A stretch of DNA of 64,000 nucleotides, taken from Andalucia godoyi And28 (Eukaryota > Protista > Jakobida). The stretch is from positions 3,145 to 67,144 of the forward strand of contig VRVR01000059.1 in NCBI GenBank assembly GCA_009859145.1, given 5' to 3'. Shown in pieces: positions 22,974 to 33,399 of this stretch. Numbering within the stretch: the stretch's first letter is position 1; each line of letters starts with the position of its first letter. The notes under the pieces were generated by a model. It was not told where the DNA came from. It worked only from the letters and a program-made list of their open reading frames with translations, and made no database searches. The position numbers and the translations under genes are program-made.

Positions 22974-23342
22974 CCGTCCACCTCTTCGCTCGCTTAAATC
23001 GTCTGATTGCCCAACACAGTCCTGCACATTTTGCGCTCGGGACGTTTCGCGACGACGGACACAGCTAATACTTTGGGATGCACCGATAGAGAATACAGAT
23101 TGCTGGCAGACGCTATCGTAGCATCAAGTGATCCTCTGCAAGCCGTCCTAAGGTTGCGTGTGAGCGAGAGGGAGAGAGAGAAAGAGGCCGCGTGTGCGTG
23201 TGTGTGTTTGGAGCAGGCGATTTGATTTATTGGTGGCCGAAATTTTCGACGAGCTGGGACGAGGAAAAGCAGAGGACTGAGAGGCGTGGGAAGGACAACG
23301 CAGATGGTGGAAGTTGGCGAGTCGTGTCTGCCTGATTTTCAT

Positions 23343-24209
23343 ATGAGTGAGGACGCAGCGTTTGTGTCAACGTGCCAGCGCCGAGCAGGCGTGAGCGAGC
23401 CATTGGAGCTTGCACTACGGTCGCGGTGCGTGGAGTGGATCGGGACGCTACGGTCGCAACTGGATCTTTCGCAGCTGGTTGCATCTACGGCTGCTGCGTA
23501 TTTGCACCGGTATCTGGTGTCGCAGTCGATCACAGACCCCGAGCTGCCAATGGTCACCGCCACATGCCTCTTCCTTGCGGCAAAGGTCGAGGAAACTCCC
23601 CGCAAACTGCCCGATTTTGCGGCCGTCGTCTACCGCTGGAGCAAAGCGAACTACCGTAGTGTGACGGCTCCCACAACGGTTCCCGAAGATGAATTTCGGG
23701 CCATTCGCGAAAAAATCCTTCGACTTGAACTACGGCTGTTGGCTGCCATTTCGTTTGAGCTGACCGTTGAAAAGCCGTATCGGCACATCGTTGCGCTGTG
23801 GAAAAAACATGCGGTTCGAGACCGCGACTTGTGCCAGTATGCATGGAACACCATCAATGACTCGTGGACTACGAACATCTGCCTCGTCTATTCTCCTCTG
23901 GAAATCGCGCTCGCGTGCATGCGCATTGCGATCCGCAAGTTCCCAGACTGCGGACTGGGTCTCGAATGGATCGCTGCAGAACTGCCCACGACGAGCACCT
24001 CTGACACCGGCGCCAGTTCAGACCCACACACAGACGCAGCTGCTAACGCCAACACCAACACCAACACCAATGCAGGCAAATTGGAAAAGATTGAGAAAAT
24101 CGCGAACCGGATCGAGTTTTGCATAGCGTCAGTGAGAAGCACAGTGGAAGCAGGCGGAATCGATGCGCTGCCCATTCTCTCTAACGCAAGTGCAAGTGCA
24201 CGTGTGTGA
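23343..24209 (+). CDS. Transcriptional cyclin (cyclin K/T/L-like)
   Basis: STAAAYLHRY, ATCLFLAAKVEETPRKL, LELRLLAAISFELTVEKPY, AWNTINDSW. Confidence 0.9.
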   Translation: MSEDAAFVSTCQRRAGVSEPLELALRSRCVEWIGTLRSQLDLSQLVASTAAAYLHRYLVSQSITDPELPMVTATCLFLAAKVEETPRKLPDFAAVVYRWSKANYRSVTAPTTVPEDEFRAIREKILRLELRLLAAISFELTVEKPYRHIVALWKKHAVRDRDLCQYAWNTINDSWTTNICLVYSPLEIALACMRIAIRKFPDCGLGLEWIAAELPTTSTSDTGASSDPHTDAAANANTNTNTNAGKLEKIEKIANRIEFCIASVRSTVEAGGIDALPILSNASASARV

Positions 24210-24403
24210 ATGGTGATTAGAATTTTAAGTATTACTGCATGGTTCAGTGTTATTATTTTATTAAACCAAACCAAGCCGAAAACCCCCTCATTCACTTCGT
24301 TCCTTTTTCCACATCTCCATGCAGTGTCTTTGCTGGGTGTTTCTTTTGCGTTTTTTTGTTTGCGTTTTTTTGTTTTGCTTGTTTGCGACGGTGCTTGGGA
24401 AAT

Positions 24404-26230
24404 TCAGAGCGGAGGAAGGGACGGCATTGGAAGGGGAGAGGAACGGAGAAAGAGTGGATTGTGCAAGAGAGCTCGCGCGCTGTGGCGAACCGACGGGTCT
24501 GGATGCAGCATACCCCAGAACAGGCTCGAGAGATCGTCGTTCCAAAATGGAGAGAACGGCAATGAATGGGACGTGAGCGTCGGATCGTTCTTGGGGAAGT
24601 CTGGTAACCAAGAGGGCGGCGAAAGACGCCAACAGGAGTCGTTGGAAGGATTGCGCTCGCACTGTGGAAACCGATACGGAGCAGTACGGATCGTGAAGGG
24701 GTTGCGCCACTCCAAGGACGTACCCATATGCTTGAGACAACGCAGGATTGGAAAAGACAGAGACTGACCGTCATAAGGATGATCAAAGACAGAGCAGCGT
24801 CTGGGAAACATCGCCTCCGAGCGTTGTCGAATCCACGGGTGCTCGTTCCAGTCGAATCGACCGACGACCGTGGACCAATATCCGAAGAGCGCGGAATCTG
24901 AGCTTCTTGGAAGGCTGTGGAAGAACGACTCGCCGGTCCACAACGCATATGCAATGAGTCCTATGGAGAAAATGTCAATGGCAAAGGGGGAGGAAAGATA
25001 GGACTTGAAAATCGGTCCGCTGCGACGTCGAGAGAGCGTGTGAGTGGTCGAGGAGATCATGATGTACGGGATCTCTGGTGCGGTCCAGCCACAAGAAAAC
25101 TCCGGAAATGCGCTGTTTTTCACCAATATCATGCTTCCAAACTGATTCGCGGCAACATCAAGCTTGGAATTCACGCGGCACATGAATGGATGTGTTTGCA
25201 ACAAGACATGGCCCGACTGCGAAATTAAGACATTCTGCGGCTCCATGCGGCCATGCAAAAAGCCGCATTCATGCAAGTTCGCAACGGCTAAGAGCAGCTG
25301 GTACAAAATCGACCGAATCAATGCAAACGACAACCGATCATACTGCCGCATAACATCGGCGAGCGTCAATGACACCGCCGGAAACACCAGCAGCATCTGC
25401 AGCTCTCCAGAGTGGACCTCATGCTGTGTGCTGATGGCAGGGGCAGGGACAGTGGCAGGGACAACCACGCTGTGGTCGTCGCTCATAAGTGTAAGCAGCC
25501 CTCGTTGCGGCGAGCTGTGGCGATCTTCGGTCCACGCACTGCCATTCGCAATCGGCTGGGGATCTGGAACTCCTCTTATGTCATTGTCATCATCACCACT
25601 GCTTTCACCACCAAGCGCAACTTGTTCGTTTCCGTTGCTACTTGACCCTCCTTCCCTCTCCCTCTCCCTCCTTCTCTCTCTCCTCTGCTCATTACTATCG
25701 TCATTGCCATCGTCATCGTCATTGTCATTGTCATTGTCATTGTCATTGTCATTGTCAGCGTAATTATCACTGTCACTGTCATCATGCGGTGGCGGGGGCG
25801 GTGTGTGATGCTGCGACACAGGCTGGTCACCGAAGAGACCGCGGGAAGGTGGATGGACATCCGCGAACCGCGGAACAGCATCTCGTGGAATGTCACAGTC
25901 GAATCCAAGGTGCAAAAGGTTCGGATGGCGAAGCTGGCGCAGAATGCCAACGTACTGGAACAGCTGCAGCGACACAGTTCCGCGCGGCACAGCGGTCACC
26001 ACGACCTCGACATCTGTCGTATGCCCACCGCAAAACCAGTGTGACAGCACGGACTGCTGAGCAGGCTGCAGAGGCACTGAGCAGCGGTACTGTGCACAAG
26101 ATTCCAGCGTTGAATTGAGCTTTTGCAGAGGTTTCAACCGCCGAACATCCGCTTCACACATTGGAAAGTACGACAACACCACCACTCGATGTCCGGGCTT
26201 TTCCGGCGCTTTCTCGCCCGCTGTTTCCAT
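24404..26230 (-). CDS. CDK/CMGC-like pseudokinase with acidic insertion
   Basis: ILRQLRHPNLL, ILYQLLLAVANLHECGFLHGRMEPQNVLI, GWTAPE, IDIFSIGLI, GMLHPDPSVRHSARALLHNPLF. The catalytic Asp and DFG are absent. Confidence 0.8.
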   Translation of the reverse strand: METAGEKAPEKPGHRVVVLSYFPMCEADVRRLKPLQKLNSTLESCAQYRCSVPLQPAQQSVLSHWFCGGHTTDVEVVVTAVPRGTVSLQLFQYVGILRQLRHPNLLHLGFDCDIPRDAVPRFADVHPPSRGLFGDQPVSQHHTPPPPPHDDSDSDNYADNDNDNDNDNDNDDDDGNDDSNEQRRERRREREREGGSSSNGNEQVALGGESSGDDDNDIRGVPDPQPIANGSAWTEDRHSSPQRGLLTLMSDDHSVVVPATVPAPAISTQHEVHSGELQMLLVFPAVSLTLADVMRQYDRLSFALIRSILYQLLLAVANLHECGFLHGRMEPQNVLISQSGHVLLQTHPFMCRVNSKLDVAANQFGSMILVKNSAFPEFSCGWTAPEIPYIMISSTTHTLSRRRSGPIFKSYLSSPFAIDIFSIGLIAYALWTGESFFHSLPRSSDSALFGYWSTVVGRFDWNEHPWIRQRSEAMFPRRCSVFDHPYDGQSLSFPILRCLKHMGTSLEWRNPFTIRTAPYRFPQCERNPSNDSCWRLSPPSWLPDFPKNDPTLTSHSLPFSPFWNDDLSSLFWGMLHPDPSVRHSARALLHNPLFLRSSPLPMPSLPPL

Positions 26231-26639
26231 TCGACACCCTATCCGTTGCACACCTTACCTCCCGGTTGTTCACTATCCGAAGCAGAAGACGATTATACGG
26301 ACCGTGCTTCGAAGCTTTCTTGCTGTTGTTGGCTCTGGTCTTTCGGGAGACGTCGGGAGCTAGGGAGATCGGGGAGCTTCGGAAAGGCAATTCACGCGCT
26401 AGAAAGGAGAATTCCCGATCTTGATGCAGCACTTCAACTTCCCAAAAGGGGCACGAGTATTCTCCGATATTGTCCGACAGCTCTACAGCCGCGCGAATGG
26501 ACGATACCCCCCTCCCCAAAACAGAAAACGCGCGTGTGCAAGCATGCACAACGACGCTAGAAAACGGAAGACGGAAGGCGGAAGAAAGTGTGGACTTTAC
26601 CGAATGTACTGTACGTACACCTTGGGGTTTGCGTTGGGA

Positions 26640-29360
26640 TCAGGTCTTGACTGGTAGCTGCATGGATTTGCGGGTCGTCACGGACACGTTGCGGCGACTT
26701 GTCGAAACCAGGTTTCCGCCGTATCCAACAGGGACCGGGCTTGCATCGATGATCTGACCTTTAACAATGGACTCGTACGGCTTCCCCTCTGCTCCTGAAT
26801 GCTGCTGCTGTTGCATCATCGACGCAGGACGCTCTGGCCGAGGCCTCTGGAGCTCGGAGGCCGTGACTTCGGTGAACGTCTTGGCCACAACCTTCTGCGC
26901 ACCGATCGCAGTACCATTGGTTGTGGACAAGAGCAGCGATTTCCGGCGAACCCCCGTGGACGACACGGATCGCGTTGGCTCGTACTTGGTGGGCGCAATT
27001 GCCACTGGCTCGACCACCAAGTTGGATGCCTCACAGGCCTGGGCAGCACGCTCGGCGGCCGCTATCTGCGTCTCGATCACCCAGGACCGGACTTGACCGA
27101 TGCACAAACTCGAGAATTCCGCAACGAGCTCATTCTCGTTGCCCGCATTCTGGTCCTCACCCACATCTTTTGGATCCGATTTTGGCTTGTACCGCTTCTG
27201 CAGCGTTTCCGACGCAGCCTTGCACCGGTCATTCCACTCATTCCACTGCATCACGTTGTCCTCCGTAATGGGCATAAGAGTCGGGGATGCCAGCGAGTTT
27301 GCCTTGTGCGTTGTGTGGATCTGGTTTAGAAAACTCTCGGTCCGCTTCGACAACTCCGCCTTTCGACGCTCAAAATCTTGCATCGAAGGGCTTCGCTTCA
27401 GAATGCTCTGCGGAGGGCCCAACAGCACATTGCTGCTATTGTTGTTGACATTGCTATTGTTGTTGCCGTTGCCACCACCTAGTGAGCTGTCAGCGCTCGG
27501 CATGCTCGGATGGAGCGGATGCATGGAATGGTTCGCAAAGAAGGCGGTTTCCTCCGCGTCCTCCTGAATGGACACGTTGCGACCATTCGAATTCGGGTTC
27601 TGGCCAGTTGTGCTGATCCACGACTGGCTCTTGTTGCGCATAAGAGGAACCGGCGTGTTCTTGTTGTTGGTGGTCCGTGGAAACACATCTTCGGGCAACG
27701 TCAGCGAAATGGGTTGTTGTGACTGCAGCATCACAGGCGACGAACTTGCCTTGTACAAATAGGCTCCAGGGCTTGACTCCTCCAAGCTGGACCCACTGCG
27801 GTTCTGCGGACTGAACGACCCGTTGACCGGAGACGACGAGAGATTGTTCGGCGAATTTCGGGCCGAAACATGCGTCGAAGAGATGTTGAAAAACGGCCGG
27901 GTTTCGTGCCCGGGGCTCAGCGACTGCGTGGCACTCGCCATACTGTCCCAGTGCGACGAACCCAGAAAACTGGCGCCAAAATCAGCGTCGTCCATGCCCG
28001 CGTTGAGAGACGAAGACGGCAGAATAAGTCGGTATACTTCCAGCGCCGCACGGGCTTCGTTTCTGAAATACGTGCGGACGTCGGTGCAACTCAGGGGAGA
28101 GGCTGCCGATGTGGGAGACCCCGTGGACAGGCCAGGAAGGCCCGGCGAAACGGCACTCTTGGATGTTCGTCGGCCAAGTAAACTGGAAGTGGACATGGAC
28201 TTCATCAGCGAAGGCAGCGAACTTTTGGGGCTTCGGAACGCCCCGCCACCTTGGCCGCCGGGTGACATGCTCGATGCATTGACAAACAAAGTGATGCGGC
28301 ACAGAAACTGCGCCGCCGAAACAAGGTCCATCGTTTGCGCATGCTGATTGCTCCGCGCTGGAGAATCGTTGTTGGTGGACAACTCGGGAACAGAACCTGG
28401 CAGCAATGCGCGAGAGACTGGGAAGGAGATGATCGGTGCGCCGTTAATGGGGGACTGTGCTCTCGATGATTCAATGCTGGCGAACCCAGACGGACACGAA
28501 GATGCCGGTAACATCCCGAAATTATCGGGTCCTGCGTCCATCGAATGCCGTGTTCCACGAGAGCGGAACGATGCCATAGACGGATGATACACAATGTTTG
28601 GGTAACAGGAAGGGTCCCATATCGTAAGCTCACCGTCGAAAATAACGGTGTTGTGGCACAGACAGTCGGATCCAAAATCCGCTAACTGGCATCGCCCGCC
28701 ACCGCCGGCAACAGGCACAGTCCCCTGACATACATTACTCGTACTGCTACAGCTATTGTTATTAATGTTATTGATGTTGCTGTTAGCGTTGTTCGAAGGG
28801 CTGGTGTGCTCGACAACGTCTGCATCGGCGTTAAAACCTGGGTTGGCAACGCTGCTGCGTCTGCTCAGGTCATTCACCGGCGAACCACTTCGACTGCCAC
28901 TTACCCATCCCAGGCGCAACTTCCGGGACACTGCAGGATAGACAAGAACACCCGGGCCGTCGGGCGACAGGAGAAATGGCTCTCCGTCAAACACTTGCTC
29001 TGCCTTGGGGGAACTGTGGTTCGCATTCGACAGATCGTCCGGAGAAATGCTCGCGTTCCGAAATGTCACTGTTGTCGACTGAGTCAGCAAGTCGATGGTA
29101 CTGGATCTTCTGGAATGCGAGGATGGCGAGATCATTTGCTTGGGATACGAGGGCGGGATGGAAGACGGAAGGACTGTGCGACCCCCAAGTGCTTCGATGA
29201 GCCGCGAAAGAGAATGTGAAGTTCGGCATGACTTGACGTGAACTCGGAACTTGCGCGACACAGACGAAAAGAAGTGGCGGTGAGAGGGATTGGTGGGATT
29301 CAGGACATCCACATTCAGAATCAGATTCAAAGGCTTTGCGTATGTAGATGCGAAACTCAT
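26640..29360 (-). CDS. Hypothetical Ser/Asn-rich protein (~906 aa)
   Basis: Long ORF; likely start MSFASTYAKP at 29360, after a (CA)n tract. Confidence 0.8.
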   Translation of the reverse strand: MSFASTYAKPLNLILNVDVLNPTNPSHRHFFSSVSRKFRVHVKSCRTSHSLSRLIEALGGRTVLPSSIPPSYPKQMISPSSHSRRSSTIDLLTQSTTVTFRNASISPDDLSNANHSSPKAEQVFDGEPFLLSPDGPGVLVYPAVSRKLRLGWVSGSRSGSPVNDLSRRSSVANPGFNADADVVEHTSPSNNANSNINNINNNSCSSTSNVCQGTVPVAGGGGRCQLADFGSDCLCHNTVIFDGELTIWDPSCYPNIVYHPSMASFRSRGTRHSMDAGPDNFGMLPASSCPSGFASIESSRAQSPINGAPIISFPVSRALLPGSVPELSTNNDSPARSNQHAQTMDLVSAAQFLCRITLFVNASSMSPGGQGGGAFRSPKSSLPSLMKSMSTSSLLGRRTSKSAVSPGLPGLSTGSPTSAASPLSCTDVRTYFRNEARAALEVYRLILPSSSLNAGMDDADFGASFLGSSHWDSMASATQSLSPGHETRPFFNISSTHVSARNSPNNLSSSPVNGSFSPQNRSGSSLEESSPGAYLYKASSSPVMLQSQQPISLTLPEDVFPRTTNNKNTPVPLMRNKSQSWISTTGQNPNSNGRNVSIQEDAEETAFFANHSMHPLHPSMPSADSSLGGGNGNNNSNVNNNSSNVLLGPPQSILKRSPSMQDFERRKAELSKRTESFLNQIHTTHKANSLASPTLMPITEDNVMQWNEWNDRCKAASETLQKRYKPKSDPKDVGEDQNAGNENELVAEFSSLCIGQVRSWVIETQIAAAERAAQACEASNLVVEPVAIAPTKYEPTRSVSSTGVRRKSLLLSTTNGTAIGAQKVVAKTFTEVTASELQRPRPERPASMMQQQQHSGAEGKPYESIVKGQIIDASPVPVGYGGNLVSTSRRNVSVTTRKSMQLPVKT

Positions 29361-29382
29361 TCTCTGTTCTTTTTCCCCCCGT

Positions 29383-29419
<37 letters not shown>

Positions 29420-29875
29420 CTGTGAATAATTCGCTTGCTGAGACGACGTCCAGAGGGGAGTACTGGAAAAAAACAAAGATGAAATGCAAGGAAGGTGTGA
29501 GAAGACGACTGTTCGATGCGCGGCAGACCGGAGGACTTCTGGGTTTCAGACACAGCAGCGAAAAAAAAAAGACCAAAAGACCAAGAGACCAAGACAGCAA
29601 AAAATCAATTCGCAACCATCCAAATTTTCCTTGTGGTTTGAATTTCGAAACCGCTCGCACGCAGATGACGGATCCTGGACGAACAGTGGAGCGCGACAAC
29701 CACTGTTGTGTGGAAGGAATAAAACGGGAGTTGGGAGCGACGAAGGAGACAATGCATGGCGATTGACACCCACGGAGTCGTAGCCGGTCGTCCGCCAAGA
29801 CGGGACGACGTTGTGCCGTCTGCTGCGACATTCAACAATCGTTGTGAGAACGAGCCTGCTCAGATCGCCTGCGGA

Positions 29876-30331
29876 TTACCGGTTTGGGGAATAGAAATGT
29901 AGTCGACGCCTAAGGATGTCCGAGCAAGAAGTGTCTTGTGTGCGTTCCAGATGCGACGAAACCCTCGAGGAAAGTGCGACTCGGCAAGTTGACACCCCGC
30001 AACGCTCCAGCCTGGACGGCGGTGGGAGCTGTCGCCAGTCCGCCAGCAAAGCGCTTCGACTAGTGGCCGCTGACCAAAATCTTTCGTGGGTGCGAGCACA
30101 CAAGGGGAAATGGGTGTTTTCGCTTTGAGCCTCCGGGTGAGCACTCGGAACCGTGATCTCCGCTCCTTGGTGATTGACGTCTTCGGAAAAAACCGCATCC
30201 TTTGCTGGCCCAAGCGGTCGGGACCAGCGCCCACGACAGGCACGCCGGCCGAGGGCTCCCTCACCATATTGGGCGAAATCATCACGCTCCCCCCGGAAAC
30301 CCCCAGCGTAACTGTGTGGTGTTCTCGACAT
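29876..30331 (-). CDS. Possible small hypothetical protein
   Basis: GC-rich block with two overlapping ~155-aa minus-strand ORFs; the correct frame is not resolved. Confidence 0.25.
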   Translation of the reverse strand: MSRTPHSYAGGFRGERDDFAQYGEGALGRRACRGRWSRPLGPAKDAVFSEDVNHQGAEITVPSAHPEAQSENTHFPLCARTHERFWSAATSRSALLADWRQLPPPSRLERCGVSTCRVALSSRVSSHLERTQDTSCSDILRRRLHFYSPNR

Positions 30332-31504
30332 GCATGAGGAGAGAGACACATGTGCAGAGACAGAGACAGAGACAGAGACAGTCAGTCGTCACTCGTGGGC
30401 CGCAGCTCGTGAACCCCGCGTGAATCTGTGACGCTTGTTCAGTGGTGGCTTGTCGGCGGGGGTGCATCCCACAGACCGGAGCAACATATCGGCCGTGTAT
30501 TCCGTAACATTAAATTTAATCATATTAATAAAACATATGCCACGTTTTTTATTTCTTGAATCCTTGTTTAAATGCGTGTTCTCCTCTGATTTCCATCCTT
30601 TGCTCTTGTGCGATGAATACACTTCTGGCATGAGACGGGTGGAGGTAGTGATGCTGCACAGAAGAAGAAGCAAACTAAAACAAAACAAAACAAAAAATGA
30701 CAAAGACCATTCACTGCCACTCGATTGACGTGTGTGCGAAGTCGTGGCAGACGAAACACACTCGTGCGCGCGGCAGGCGGATGTCCCCACTCCTTGTATG
30801 CGCTTGTTGTTTAGACGCTCATGTCCGTCGCTGCTGCTCAGGATGTGCACTGTTCGTTTGTTGCATTGCGGTGCTTGAAGAAGGCCACCGTCGTGCTCAC
30901 TGGTGAAGAAAGCATTTGCCGGGCGCGTTGCACATCAGGAAGGGGTGGGGGCGCTGCCCTTCCACTAAGAGAAAAAAATATTTAAAACTTGGAAAACCGC
31001 GGTGAGCTTGCCAATGAAACGGCCGAGAAGCTTCGTCTGCTTGGACAAAGTATGACACCGATCGACAGGGCGACGCTGAGAAAGGAAGCGTCTGTTTTTC
31101 AGTTGTTGCTGATTCGCGACAAGCACACGTCTGTGGAGTAGCGCATTCAAAGGATCTCTAGGACATGTCCGAGCAGGCCGTGTCATCAATCCTCACCGTG
31201 TATTCAGGCATAACCTTTTCTGTCGTCTGCTCAACTTTCCAAATCCCCCGAGCAGCGTATACTTGCACGGAGTTCCCGTCATCTTCGCATCGAGGGAAGG
31301 GGGGGAACCCATTTCTTGTTTCTCGCCCATTCGCTGTCCTCTCCGCATGTTCTTCCGCATCTGCCACTTGCGTGCTGTCTTCATCAAGTACCCAACCAGA
31401 AAGACGGTGTTATTAGGGTTCTCGCAAGCGGCCAAAAAGAACAACACAACAACGAAAAGAAGAAGAAAAGAAGGGAAGAAAAAAGAAAAAGAACTGAAGG
31501 CAGG

Positions 31505-32830
31505 ATGATGCTGAGCGTAGCTTCTCCTGCGCGTCCCCGAGGGGCTGCTGTTATGCCTGCTCCACCACGGTCTCCTACGCTCCTATCGCCACACCACAAC
31601 TATTCACAGTACCTACCGTCCTCCACAACAACAACGACGACGACGACGACGACGCGTCGATCGTCGTTCAACTCGGCAGCTGCTGCCGTAAGGTACACTC
31701 CATCTCCACCGTCATCCGGCGAACGCGATCGAGACCGCGAAAGGGAAAGAGACAGAGAAAGAGAACGGGAAAGGGACAGGGACAGGGACAGGGACAGGGA
31801 GCGCGATAGAGAAAGGTCGCTGTCGATTGCAATTGTGAGTTCTGGAAGAGTGTCAAGAGACCGAGAACTTCCTGTGAAACGACCGTTTTCGCCCGCTGTC
31901 CTGCTTACTGCGCTTCCTTCGCCGGCGACGATATCGCCAACGTACTCCCAATCACACACGCAGTTTGCGCCGATAGCACAGTCGCCACCCGCTGTCCCTC
32001 TGACGATTCTGCTGAACATGGACTGGATCCCGGACCTCCCGTCGTCTTCTGCACCGTCTTTTACGCCTGCGCAGTTCTACCCTTTGTTCTCCACGCCTTC
32101 TTCTGCAACGGCGGCACCGCTGTCGAGCCTGTATGTACCGGACGGCTCGTCGTTCCTCGCGGCTTCGCTTCTCCTCAAGTCGCTCTCGTCATCGACTGGT
32201 GGGCTGTATGTCGTCCGCAGAGGGGTTTCGCGCCAGAGCGTGCTTCGGCGGTTTGTCGTCCATGGATCAAAGCCTCCGTCGACTCTTTCGATCCACGATC
32301 TTCCCAGCGCAGTAACAACCGTCGAAGCGTACGGTCTGAGCTCGCAGTCGACGGTGGTCGTGGACATGTGCAGCTCGTGGTGGGGCGACGGCTCTGCTGT
32401 CATCCCGATTGCCCAGGTTGGTGCATGGGACAGAGTGCTCGGAGTGATCCAGCGCATTCGAGCTTCTTGGGAACACAAGTCGTTTGTCAGTTCTGTGCCG
32501 GTAGACGTACGCAAAATCGCTGCCGTCGAACTCCAAGCCCATTTTTCTCTGTTTCCTCCCGCAACCGCCGATTCAAAAGAGAAGGAACGCGAGCGCGAAC
32601 GGGAACGGGAAAAGGGAAGGGAGCGCGATCGAGAACGAGAGCGAGAGCGCGAGAGATGGCTAAGCAGAGAAGCCCTCGATGCAGTGGTCGGCTCTGGTGG
32701 AGTAATGTATGCAGACTATGAGGCCGGAGAAGAAGCAATTGTCTGTCGGCCGGCCATCGATCGGTGGCGAGAAGAAGTCGCGCAGGCTGCTGCTGTTGCT
32801 GTCCCCATCCCAGAAGATTGGATGTTGTAG
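31505..32830 (+). CDS. Hypothetical protein with RD/RE dipeptide repeats
   Basis: 441-aa ORF from MMLSVASP with two RD/RE tracts flanking a globular region. Confidence 0.75.
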   Translation: MMLSVASPARPRGAAVMPAPPRSPTLLSPHHNYSQYLPSSTTTTTTTTTTRRSSFNSAAAAVRYTPSPPSSGERDRDRERERDRERERERDRDRDRDRERDRERSLSIAIVSSGRVSRDRELPVKRPFSPAVLLTALPSPATISPTYSQSHTQFAPIAQSPPAVPLTILLNMDWIPDLPSSSAPSFTPAQFYPLFSTPSSATAAPLSSLYVPDGSSFLAASLLLKSLSSSTGGLYVVRRGVSRQSVLRRFVVHGSKPPSTLSIHDLPSAVTTVEAYGLSSQSTVVVDMCSSWWGDGSAVIPIAQVGAWDRVLGVIQRIRASWEHKSFVSSVPVDVRKIAAVELQAHFSLFPPATADSKEKEREREREREKGRERDRERERERERWLSREALDAVVGSGGVMYADYEAGEEAIVCRPAIDRWREEVAQAAAVAVPIPEDWML

Positions 32831-33399
32831 TGTACTGTCAATGGCGGAGTGTGGTTCTTATCTTTATTGTACTGTACTGTAGCTTGATAAATTGTATTAT
32901 AGAAGGACCTTGCCTCATTCCTGGCGCTCTTGCTGCGCACTGCGAAGCACTCGCGTATTCCATGCTGCCTGGTGGTGCCCGCAAGGAAAACAGAAACTGA
33001 TGCCGAAAAGTCCGCGAGAGACTGCAGATACAAGATGGACAGAGACGGAAACCAGGTCTTTTCTTGATTTGGGCAAACGAGCAGATGAAAGGGAATGTAC
33101 GGACAGCACAAGCAGACGCGGAGGGGGGGTCCAGTCTGTTTGGAAGTAGCCCAATCATTGTTTCTGGCTTTTCCAGGGTTTCGGATCGTCTGAGCCCGTC
33201 AACCTTTCGAAACCGCGAGTGCATCCCAGCACCGTCTCCGATTTATTTATTTTTGTTATGTACCACTGCTGCATAACGCGACAGAAAAGGAAGAAGGAGG
33301 AGGAGGAAGAAGAAGAAGAAGAAGAGAAGAAGAAGACGAAAGGGGTGGGGGAAAAAAAGAACTACTCTCATCAAGAGCGGTACGCAAAGAAGAGAGAAA

